Positions 53,101 to 64,000 of a stretch of DNA of 64,000 bases are shown here, one piece after another. The position numbers and the translations under genes are program-made. Under the pieces are notes generated by a model that searched no databases, was not told the DNA's origin, and saw only the letters and a list, made by a program, of their open reading frames with translations. The DNA is from Botryllus schlosseri (lineage: Eukaryota), in contig CM119372.1 of NCBI GenBank assembly GCA_051294905.1, forward strand, positions 31,560,001 to 31,624,000, read 5' to 3'. The first letter of the stretch is position 1. Each line of letters starts with the position of its first letter.

Positions 53101-54581
53101 CATCTCTTGCATCCACCAACGACGCATCATTGAACTCTACAATTGGCAGACAACTACCAGGAAAGAGCGAAGATACTATGATGACAGACATTTGATGCAG
53201 GTAGGTGTAGCTGTGATGTATGCCTTGTCACGCTATGCATGTAACATATAAATTATATCTTATTCAGTGTGAGATGATAAAGTTTCTACAGAAGAGCACT
53301 GACCAGTTTTCTGCACCCTGGACTAATATGATCATTTTGCGAACTTTATAGCAGCACAGTTGTGAGTCAACGGAGGCTGTGTGTGCTGCTGCAATAATGA
53401 AGGACATTATGCAAACTTTTCCAAGTTTATGATCACAAGAACCAGTTGAAAACTAGCACTGTCATTTCATGCATACTGTTTTGTCTATTATGATTATTAC
53501 TGCATCGATTTAATTGGTACCTTTGTATTGCATATTATTCTTGTTTCTTCAAATGTATGTATTCTGTATTTGCAGATGTTGCTTTCAAGTGTAACCATTT
53601 CATTATATTGTTCATCATTTCTTTGCATAACATGATTGAAAATTCAATTTTGTATTGTAAGGCACACTTGATTTCTTGGAATGATCAGCAATAGGTGACT
53701 ATTTATCAAAGGTGGTCAGAATATTCAGCGTTGCTACTCATACATTAGTATTGCTGTAAAGTTTTACTCGCCTTCAAGTAGAATTAGCAATTTCAGAGGC
53801 ATGTGGAAACTACTTCAAGTGTAGGAAATGAAGAAATGAAAGGTGATCAAGTAGTTTTAAATAGTAGATTTGGTTGATGGCTCGAATAGTTTTAGCAGAG
53901 GTGGTCACTTTGAAATTGCAGGGTGCATCTTTGTGACTATCGCAAACTGACCTGTGACACTACATATAGGTGCAAATATTCCAAAGTGCAAAAAGTAGAT
54001 TAGTTATGTTGTTGCGTGGAATTGATATAAAACACAACCTATTGAAAAAGTAGACAAAACCTCTGAGTACTCCTTACTAACCGCTTGGGCTTTATATTGG
54101 CCTGTCATATCTCAATATTTTGAAAAGAGGCATAGCAAACTGGAATGGAATCAGGGTGTACCGCTTGCAACCGTGGTTGATCGACCGCGGCAGTGTGAAT
54201 ATACGTCCGGTTGGTCGTCGCACGGCTACCGTACAGTGATCGCGTATAATCGCGAGTCGTGAATGTGTGAATTGAGTCTTGCGATACGTGCGTTACGCGC
54301 GAATTTACCGTGCGAGCCGGGTATGTGTGAATTCGCCTTTATGTCACAATGGCTTCAGACTGACAGCGTGAAATTGAAGAACTTTGAATCCGCGCAATTG
54401 GCCAAGAACAGACTCGAACGGACGTAATTGATTAGCGCTAATACTAAAACATCAGAAGATGTGTGTTATCAAAAGATACGACAGGCCTGAATCACCTGAA
54501 ATCGGTGTCACCTAAAATTGTTCGTCGTAAACGAGGTTGCGTATTCAATAGTTCGCTCGCGCGTGTTGGTGAATAGTGAAT
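50170..54581. mobile_element. Old TIR element (boundaries approximate) hosting the Harbinger MITE
   Basis: 50172-50235 is an imperfect reverse complement of 54520-54581. Confidence 0.5.
51496..54338. mobile_element. Non-autonomous PIF/Harbinger-type element
   Basis: TIR AGGCTAATTCACACATGCACGG vs CCGGGTATGTGTGAATTCGCCT; 3-bp TSD TTA. Confidence 0.75.
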
Positions 54582-54952
54582 TGTTGATATTGGAGAGAAG
54601 TTCTGAATCTGTACATATACTAGACAAATCAGTTCAATTCACACACATAGCAGAGTATATTACAGCGACCTGTTAATACAGGTCGCTGTAATATACTCTA
54701 TGGCCTATGTTACCACACATGGAGGAGTCAGTTTTAACACCATTATACATGTATTACATGATCAACTCCAAGATACATCAGAAACCAGAACACTTTCAAA
54801 ATGAATTATCATCACTCCTACTGGGAGACTTGAGATTTACTATCAAAGTTCCAGAATATTCCAAAGATCAGTACAATAGCTTGTATAATATGTATAATAT
54901 ATAAAACAGTTTACCAATGTCTCAAGTTATATTAAAATCGTCATTTTCAACA
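54582..54952 (-). repeat. Solo LTR-like sequence related to the Copia LTR at 34467-34761
   Basis: TGTTG...CAACA ends; shares CAATGTCTCAAG...TCATTTTCAACA and CAGAGTAT..TACAGCG blocks; no matching TSD found. Confidence 0.6.
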
Positions 54953-56577
54953 AAACATACAGGTATTAGGTATAAATAAATTAAATAGCTGATCTACTGT
55001 AACTGATTCACTTTTTGAACAATCTGGGCTAGGCCTAGGCCTATCGTTTGTTGTAGAGTTGAACAAGAAGATACCCTTTTCACCAAGCTCGTATCATAAA
55101 GGTTTGTGATGATGTAATATGATGAAAGTTTGTGATGTAAATTCAATCATTCTCTCTACTAATCAAAATTATGCTAGGTTGATCTATAAATCAACTTGCC
55201 GGTCCTCCAAACAAGATTTTGTTGTTGAAGCAGCATGCAATAAATTGTAACATGCAAATTGGCATTGCAAACTTGGTAAAACCAACCGACATTTTATTGG
55301 CGGTCTAAAAATCAATAATTTGCTTGTAACTTTTTTCTGTACATTTTAAAGACAGAGTTCCATGGAAGTGAGATAGAAAAATGTTGCTTCTGCAGCTTTT
55401 GAGTCGAAAACTTGCTGTCTAGCACAAGCGGGTATCAAGATATGGCAAAATTAGCTATTTTCGGCTCGTTCGGTGAAATGGCACGGCCACTAGAGGGTGC
55501 AGGAACCTGAAATCATGATAGAAGTAACTCATTCGAGATTTGGGACCAAATATCAAAGGCACTTTTTAAAATTCAAATTTTTCTTTCTTCACTCCACCCT
55601 ATGGAAATGTATCATATCATTTCGTAAATGGGTAATGTATTGCATCTTATCAATTCGTTTCTCAATTCTCTATTTTGGCTGGTTACTATAAACTGAGGCT
55701 ATGCAATTACTTACGTAGTATATGTGACCGATACTAGGCCTTCTTGCGTGTATATTTAACTCTATTTTCATTTATCGGTTCAAAATCAATGACCACTCAA
55801 TCTGTATGTCAGAAAGCTAGCAAAATGCAATGACATAATCATGCCTCATACTTCGAAAAGGTAACTTGACTTGAATTGTGACTTGAATTGTAACTTGACT
55901 CGTGACTTGACTTGACTCGAGTCACCTCCAAAAATCGAGTGACTTGACTTGACTCGAGTCACCTTCGAAAATCGATTGACTTGATTTGACTCGTGAAATG
56001 TGCAATGACTCGAAATGAATCTTGACTCGAAGGTAGTGACATGATCCTAACACTGCTAGTACAACGACAACATAGGCTAAGCTGCGACCATTTCGATTGC
56101 GGTAAATTTGTTGGTGAAGTAACAATAGAGGATCAGTGAAATGTACAATCAGTGAATATCTGGTTGCTCTCGCAAATGGCACCGGCGCATCGCGAACAAT
56201 TCGAACATAGCCTACACAAGATTTTAATCGACACCGTTTACTTGATGACCGAAAATTGATTGGTGAAATTTGCTCTGAGTAACAAGTCAATCCACATATC
56301 TGAAGCGCTGAGTCAAGTCAAGTCATTTTTGCAAAGTGACTCTAGTCAAGTCATGACATGACGTGACTCGACTCATCCCAACATTGCTATACACCTCATT
56401 TTATATGTACATCATTTTACCAATATCAAGGATAGAAATCCGTATGTTGTTGAATATGCCTGTTTGACTCGTAGGCAAGATACATCCTACCTATCTTATT
56501 TTGTGTTTATGTATATAGCCTACCACAAGTCGTTGCACTAGATACATCAACCCAAGTCTTATAAATGGGAGAAAGAT

Positions 56578-59500
56578 ATGCAGGAGTCAAGCGTCTCACA
56601 TTGCTATGGCCGATCCGATGTTGTTGGAACAGAGGATTTTTACAAAAGCACTTTCATTGAGTGTGCCGGAAATTCTCCGAGAAAAAAATCTTTTCAATGT
56701 CGCATGTGCGTGTATTCTTGTAAATATCCATCGCGCTCAAAAAGACATTTTTTCGATCGTCATTGGAAAAGATCTGTGAAGTTTGGGAACTATGTATGCT
56801 TTCCATGTAGCATATATCATAAAGATGGTAGTTCGCGGGATACACACTTCCACTGTCCAGCATGCGATAACACATTTTGGGCGAATCGCTTCCAGCCTCA
56901 TCTGAAACAGCACACAGCATGGTGTAATGAGAAAAGTTCAAGACAGGATCCAATAAATGAAGAAATAAAGAAATCTACATCTGGAAATCAAAAATATGCC
57001 GAGTGCCCAGTATGTCAAAAAGTGATGTCAAGCAGATCAATACCTACTCACTGTAGAACAATTCATGGCATTGAAACGGAAAATGTTGCGAACTGCGTCG
57101 ATCACAAAAAAGGAATATATCTTGTCAGACTGAGCTCTCATGGGGGGATTCCCTACCCTGTTCACATCAGGAAAAATGTGTCTGAGTTCCATGCCGGAGA
57201 GTCGGTAGTGGAATGTGAAAGTAGTGCATGCATGGATTACATGCGGATTATGTGGAAAAGTGGCTTTCCTGCTGCGCAGTGCAAGCACCTATGTACAGTC
57301 CCAACAATATTGTCTATCCCAGTAGTGTGGAGTTAACTGATGCCAGTTTGATGAATATTTCGTCGAGTGGTTCTTACAAAATTCTGAAGGATAGCAAAAT
57401 AAATGGCTGTCGGGAATTGGCACAAAAATCAAGCAATGCAGTATCTCCACTTGTTCAAGCAATTCACCATGGTAGATACATTATGATTTCTGTGTTTACC
57501 CTTGAAAAGCACTATTACTCCCGTCTTGGAAGGATATTAGTTACAGTGGATATGAAAGCGGGACGCCTATCTTGTCGTTGCTGTGATGCGAAGATGTATT
57601 GCATACATAAGTGCATTAGTCTGTGGTACTTGTCCGAAAAGGGACTTATCGACTGTTTTCATGGACAGGATATAGTCGTAGATGAATTCGATGAACAGCA
57701 AGGAGAAATCTTTGCCGTATCTGATCAACACGAGCAAGATCACATTGACCAGCAATTGGTATATCCGCCGAAGGAGTCTTCTGTATTAAAGAAAATGTGC
57801 ACCTACATTTTGTCAAAGAAGCGTACTCCCAATTCGTCACAGATCAGAACATTGGCAAAGCACATTCCTAACGAACTTCATCCTACCGAGACTGAATGTA
57901 CAGAGTGTAACACCAAACTTTCAGGTTCTTTATTGATTACCCGCAACGCAAAAATTCTCACAATGGATATGATTATTGAAAACATTCGCACGTTTTATCG
58001 AAAGTGTCCAAACTGCAACATGTGTTATCGGTATCAAGAACATGATTTGGGAATTCACAACTTCTCTGATGTCTTCCTGGTTTCTATTGATGTATGTTGC
58101 TACATCAGAGACTCTCTCCGGCATTTTATCCCGATAGGAAGTACTGCTAAAGTGCTCTCTCTGCGTATTGGCAAAACTGTTCAAGAACACCAATTGGTTA
58201 ATGCGTATCTGCATTTCGATACACTTTTTGACGCACACGATTACTCATTCAAATGTGATATTTGTGGACATTTCCCAACAATTGTGATCATGGACCTTTG
58301 TAAGAAGATTAATTTCCGGTGTAAGGCATCATACTTAAGCCCTTCTGAATTGGAGGAGGTGGATGAAGTGGATAGTGATGAATATTGGGGAAAAGTTGAA
58401 AACAACATGGTATTACGCGGATTCCCGCAAAGATCAATTCCTGAATGGGAAATCACTCCAAGGCTATCACAGTGGTCACCATTCGTTGGTAAAAACACAA
58501 GACGGGGACCAAATCTGTACAACACCGAGCACCGCAAGGTCTCGAAAATTGATGGGTCGTTGGAAGAAGACTGTCGTGAGATGACAGAAGAGCGACTGGT
58601 GGAAGCTAATAAGCTATGAATAATTTAAATGCAAAAGAATTTGATCAACTGGTCAAATCAATTCTTGGGAAGGCCGCGTCAAAATTGACTTGCAAACTTG
58701 ATAAATTGATGGCTGTCAGAGACGCGATTTCAACAAGTCATGAGAAGTTCAAGAAAGCATTCTCCAAATTGGCGGGTTGCTCAGGTGGCTGGGCATCATG
58801 CATCTGTCCTCACGGTGTGGTATATGCGATGAAATTTGTTTTGAGGGCTGAGAGCCCAAGAGATTTTGTCGATATATTGTTGTCTTTCAAGCATATTCCG
58901 AACATAGTAATTGTGGACATGGCAAATATGGTAGTTGCTCATGGCAACAAAAGATGTCACGGAATGTTCTCTCCACACTCTGGGATGGTTTGTGCACCGA
59001 GTGAAGAAAATATCGAGAATGCCTCTAAACAAAAATTGTCCATATCGATGCCTTGGATCCTGAATGAAAGTAGTTCAAACCTAGACAGTGTATCCAGTGG
59101 CGAAGCACACCCAGTAAGTCGACAGAGCATCCATCTTTGCTTGTATGACCGCTTTCACGAAAGGAATGTGACCAAAAAGAAGGAGGTGTTGCGGCGCGTC
59201 TGTAATATAAAGGAGCTCAGGAACAACATCAATACCCAAGTGGCTGAACAACTGAATGGATATTATAAAAGATGTAATCGTTTTATCAATCAAATGATTC
59301 CAGTCAATCATGTATACCTCTTCAGGTCAATTATGGACTACTACAATATTGAATTGAATTCTGCTGTGAAGGTCAGATTTTCGGTCAATAAAGATATGGA
59401 ACTATATTACAATGAGACTGGAAGACTGCGAGCAAGACACTCTTCCTGGTCTGTTAACCAGGATGAGCGATTCTCTCTTTCGAATAAAGGAGATGCATCT

Positions 59501-61072
59501 GAAGTCACTGCCGATTTGCCCGAAGTTGGATCTCCGGACGTTCCAATTAATATTGCTCCAGACCAGGACGAGAGATTCTCTCTTTCGAATAAAGGAGATG
59601 CATCTGAAGTCACTGCCGATTTGCCTGAAATTGGATCTCCTGACGTTCCAATAAATATTGATCCAGACCAGGACGAGAGATTCTCTCTTTCGAATAAAAG
59701 AGATGCATCTGAAGTCACTGCCGATTTGCCCGATGCTGGATCTCCGGACGTTTCAATAAATATTGCTTCTTATAGTGAAGACAATGTTAACGAAGAAGTG
59801 GATCCTGACACTTGGCTGGAGGAATTGGATTTAACTGCATATGACCGACACATACTGTCAGGTGATGGATGGCTGTCCGACAGGCATGTCAATGTGTCAA
59901 TGAAATTGATGAAAAAAAAACATCCAGACGTCGGAGGCTTACAGGACGTCATCATTGCTTCCGCCACTGGATACCAGCGTACATCGGGTTTCTTTGTACA
60001 AATTATTAACCTCAGGCAAAGTCACTGGGTTACAATTTCCAATCGTTTTTCACCATGTGGAAATACTATAGTGTATGACTCATTGGTGACACAAAATTCA
60101 AAGGGAATTGTAGCATATGAACCAAAACTGGATGAAGCGGCTTTTCAGCTCCAGGAGAGTGACGATATTGCGAGTATTGAAATTGTAAAAGTTCAACAAC
60201 AAGAGGGAGGCAGTGATTGTGGCCTATTTGCAATTGCTAATGCTGCGTGCCTCTGTGCAGGCATATGTCCAACAACGATGAATTTTGAGCAAAGTACTTT
60301 AAGATTGGCTTTATTGCAATCGCTGGAAAACATTGACATTGATATGTTACTCGAAACCGCCACCTGGACAGGGAATGATACAAATGCAACATCTTTAACA
60401 TCTTGGCGCTTTCGAATATATTGCACGTGCAAGAAAATTGATGATGGGTCCCCCATGGCAGAATGTACGAGATGCAAAGACTGGTATCATTTTCGCTGTG
60501 TGTCAGGCTGTGTGTCAGGCAATGTCCATCATCCAAAATGGATATGCGACCTTTGCCTGAAAAAGGTGGTACGATCGGTGACGCCCGCGTTTCGTAAGGA
60601 ATACGAAGAAATTCAGACTGTAGGCGAGTTGTTAAACAACTCAACAGACAATCGAGTTACCGAACTTTACAAGGCTGTGCAAAAGATGACACCGAAATTG
60701 TCATTGCCAAGAGATGATGCTATTTCGGTGGGAATTTTGTCTCAGGAGGAATACTGGCAAAACATTGATAGCCACAGAAAAAGGGATTTAATGGGAATCA
60801 ATCATCGGCATCCCAGGTTTCAGATATGTTTTCTCATTGTGTTCTTGGAATCTTGCAGAGACACATCTACTTTACTCTCCACATTCTTGCATGAATTAGC
60901 ACATGTCATACAGTATGAGGAGAAGGTTTATGGAGCGTCTCACGGCAGTGGGTTCAAAAAAATTGGCAGACGCGTCATCAAATTGGTGTCTCGGAATAAA
61001 CATCTCCTCCCAAAAGCTTTTGCAAAAGTAGAAATTAACGAAAGGTTAGTGTTAACTGCAAAATGCTCGTAA
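56578..61072 (+). pseudogene. KDZ/Zisupton-type (HMGXB3-related) transposase polyprotein: C2H2 ZnFs, SWIM, CxC, SAP-like, KDZ, Ulp1 protease, PHD, SprT-like metalloprotease; two frameshifts (~57300, ~58610)
   Basis: Three overlapping ORFs (252, 463, 818 aa). SWIM CRC...CIH; CxC CTEC...CPNC..YRYQE..GIHNF; KDZ motifs CPHGVVYAMKFVLRAESPRD, VDMA, YDRFHERN, NTQVAEQLN; Ulp1 HWVT/YDSL/QQEGGSDCGLF; PHD C4HC3; STFLHELAH...HGSGFK. Confidence 0.85.
59458..59768 (+). repeat. 105-bp in-frame tandem repeat, about 3 copies (35 aa)
   Basis: Units start at 59458, 59563 and 59668 (QDERFSLSNKGDASEVTADLP...). Confidence 0.95.
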
Positions 61073-61089
61073 TTTTCCAAACATGATTG

Positions 61090-61830
61090 TCACTTGCCGT
61101 ATTACATTTCCTAGAAGTCGCATTGCTCTTGATTTCATTTTATGTTTTAATCTGCATTGTCTGAAGTGTTTCATAACCTCCAGAGTCATATCAGCTGCTG
61201 TGACATTAAATTCGTGCATTTTTATTCCTGTGCCCACTGTAAATAACTTATCTGCCTTCGTAGTTTCTGACCTTTCGTCCATTATTTCTGACTTTTTGCT
61301 TCCTTGAATTTTTAGGAAGAACTTGCTAACCTACATTGTTGCATTGCTCTTGATTTGATTTTATATTTTAACCTGCACTGTTTGAAGTGTTTTGTAACCT
61401 CCTGAGTCATATCAGCTGCTGAAACATTGAATTCGTGCATTTCTGTTCCTGTGCCCACTGTAAATAACTTATCTTCATTCGTTGTTTCTGACCTTTTGTT
61501 TCGTTAAATTTTTAGTAAGAACTTGCTAACCTGCATTGTTGCATTGCTCTTGATTTGATTTTATATTTTAACCAGCACTGTTTGAGGTGTTTTATAACCT
61601 CCAGAGTCATATCAGCTGCTGAGACATTGAATTCATGCATTTTTGGGCCTGTACCCAAGAATTGTTAGGAAAAATTTGCTAACCTGCAACGTTTCAAGTT
61701 TTTCATAACCATATGATTCTTATCACATGCCATGACATTGAATTCGTGCATTTCTGTTCCTGTGCTCACTGTAAATAACTTATCTTCATGTGTTGTTTCT
61801 GACGTTTCGTTAAATTTTTTAATAAAAACC
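61090..61830 (+). repeat. Degenerate tandem repeat (~200-220-bp units, 3-4 partial copies) downstream of the transposase stop
   Basis: Recurring CATTGCTCTTGATTT...GAGTCATATCAGCTGCTG...GACATTGAATTCGTGCATTT. Confidence 0.85.
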
Positions 61831-61894
61831 TGCTTCTTGAGCGAGTCGGTTGTGTGCATGTGCATTTGTGCAGTCAGCTAGTAGATCGAACTTA

Positions 61895-62155
61895 GAGAGA
61901 GAGAGAGAGATCAGATTTATTTTCGCCGGCACCATCGAGATGCTTTGACGATGGAGATGCGATACGACCTTTAAGCAAGGTCATCTAGTCTGCACCACCG
62001 TATTTTTCTCCTCCACGCTACCCATGGATGCTGAGCGCCTAGCTGGATAGCCGCGGATACCAGTTTTAGAGTCTTTGGTCTGACCCGGACGGGGATTGAA
62101 CCCACGACCTACCGATCGAGAAGCTGGACGCATAACCATTACACTATCTCGCTCG
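61895..62155 (-). mobile_element. tRNA-derived SINE with (TC)n tail (central region resembles Meta-type SINE cores)
   Basis: Minus-strand A box TAGTGTAATGG, B box GGTTCAATCCC, then GACCAAAGACTCTAAAACTGGTAT...GGCGCTCAGCAT. Confidence 0.75.
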
Positions 62156-63558
62156 GAATCATATTGATGGGTCTATGCAGGAGAACTAATCAGTTGTTCA
62201 AATCTTCCTCTTGTTGCATCTTGCTTAGAGCAAGAACATCGGACTTGGTCAGTAAGAGCAGGGATATATAGAACTCTCTATATCCCTGAGTAAGAGTAAC
62301 AAACTACTGGTACTATTTTAGAGAACTCTATAGATTTTATTTACATTATCCACTTACTCGAGTATCGTTCATTATAAACCACTTCTGCTTGAATGCGTTT
62401 TTGGCAAAATTGTTCACTGCTTTACGTTTTCGAAAGTAGAAGGTAGTTATGCAGTGAGTTTGCATGACTTTTCTCAGCGAAATTGTCACCAGCACCGCGT
62501 GGCATAGCTCCCGTATTTGTGGTAAATGAAATGGTGTTCAAAAACGATACCTACTTATGGGGGTGACTGCTGGTAGCAGCGTGTGATGGCTTTCGTTGGA
62601 AATGTCGCTCCCCCTAAGTAGACCGCAGCAAATTTCGACATCGTATCATGTTATAGCAATCTTGTCAAATAATATGCCGCATCTGAGAAGTTCTATATTG
62701 CTTGAGACAGAAGCCTCGTCGTCTCATCGTTTATAAGGCCAAAAATAATAAAGACAATAAATAGTGAACGAATGTATATAAGGCCAGGGGCGGCCGACCC
62801 GTTGCCCGCGAGAAAATTTTGACTGGCCCGCGAGATAATTCCCGAAATTAGCTGTAATATCAAATAATAAATATTCCATGTAATTTATAACGTTTATATA
62901 TATCGACGCGACAAAGTATGTATTTTTTTGTGAATTTGCAGGGTCGATTTGATTAGATTGCCCGCGAAATTTGGGTTGTTGATAACTTGAAGCATTAGTT
63001 CCGACGCATTGGCGTAGTTCGGGGCTCGCCTTGTTTTTCGTAGATCTTTGTGTATGATCAATTGATCATAAAGTAGAATATTCCGTGGTAAATTCGTTTG
63101 ACCTGATATTTTTCTAAGTACTAAGCGCGATTTATTGTCACTCAATTTCTTGTTTTTAGCACCCCCTCCTGAAAATTTACCGAATTGAGTCTGATATACT
63201 CGCAATTATGAGAGAACGTGTCGTCCAACATCCGACTTCGCATCTGCACTTGCAATTATACACGTGTAAGCAGGAATCTTCGATATTTATATGTGTGAGC
63301 CCCAAATATTCCTGTCCTTGTCAAATGAGCCCAGCGGCAAACACAGGGACATTGGTATTGGCCGAACTCATACATTAACTTTGAAACTCCAATTTAACAA
63401 TACCGATCTTAATCGAAAGCTATTCCGGAAATACAATTTTAAAGCCGACAGTTCAACGGAACCACCAAGAAATATAGCCGTCCAAGTCTGAAATCTGAAA
63501 ATCGGCATTGTTCCGAACGATCGCTCGATAAAATTCCCATTATCATGGTCAATTATTC

Positions 63559-64000
63559 ATTCGGACATGGTGTCTTGGGCGTGTTAGGTCTGTGTTGACA
63601 CTCGGACATCGTGCCTGGGGAGTGTTCGGACATCATGTCTGGGGGGTGTTCGGCCTGTGCTGCCATTCAGACATGGTGTCTTGGGCGTGTTCGGCTTGTG
63701 TTGACACTCGGACACTGTGTCTGAGGCGTGTTCGGACATCATGTATGGGGTGTGGACGGCCTGTGCTACCATTCGGACATGGTGTCTTGGGCGTGTTCGG
63801 CCTGTGTTGATACTCGCACATCGTGTCTGGCGCGTGTTCGGACATTATGTCAGGGGTGAGATCGGCCATTCAAACATGGTGTCTGGGTTGTGTTCGGACT
63901 GAGTTGACACTCATCAGACATCGTGTCTGGGGCGTGTTCGGTCTGTGTTGCCATTCAGACATGGTGTCTTGGGCGTGTTAGGCCTGTGTTGACACTCGGA
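63559..64000 (-). repeat. Satellite array, inverted copy of the 38.4-40.4 kb array, running off the window
   Basis: Reverse complement includes the specific variant CCGAACACTCCCCAGGCACGATGT also seen at ~39236. Confidence 0.95.

Larger units (their letters stand above)
37198..64000. mobile_element. Candidate giant DNA transposon (TTAA target, GG-starting Kolobok-like terminus, inverted subterminal satellite arrays); right end outside the window
   Basis: Copia integrase stops abruptly at TTAA|GGGGCTAGGCTACCCC; the same satellite occurs on the + strand at 38.4-40.4 kb and inverted from 63.56 kb; the Copia 5' half never resumes in the window. Confidence 0.55.

Noticed and set aside
62085..62155. 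Possible tRNA gene (also ~15865-15933)
   Set aside because: A and B boxes are present but there is no convincing cloverleaf or terminator, and a SINE body and tail follow

Overview
AT-rich, intron-containing animal genomic DNA (invertebrate-like; the taxon cannot be fixed from sequence alone), dominated by nested transposons. The left half holds one host gene, a multi-exon NACHT/NLR-type NTPase on the + strand (from 7440, exons traced to about 18894). It sits among hAT-type MITEs with verifiable 8-bp TSDs, decayed hAT and Chapaev3 transposases and tRNA-derived SINEs. At 37194-37197 a Copia retrotransposon is cut at a TTAA inside its integrase. The interrupting sequence appears to be a giant (>26 kb) DNA element bracketed by mutually inverted satellite arrays (38.4-40.4 kb and 63.56 kb to the window end). 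Between the arrays lies a nearly intact ~1,500-codon KDZ/Zisupton-type transposase gene (C2H2 ZnF, SWIM, CxC, SAP-like, KDZ) fused to a Ulp1 SUMO protease, a PHD finger and a C-terminal SprT-like HExxH metalloprotease. It is broken by only two small frameshifts, one of which looks like an 8-bp excision footprint. The interval also carries a Penelope GIY-YIG fragment with a minimal hammerhead ribozyme, Harbinger remnants and a solo LTR. All family assignments come from motif recognition by eye; no database searches were run.
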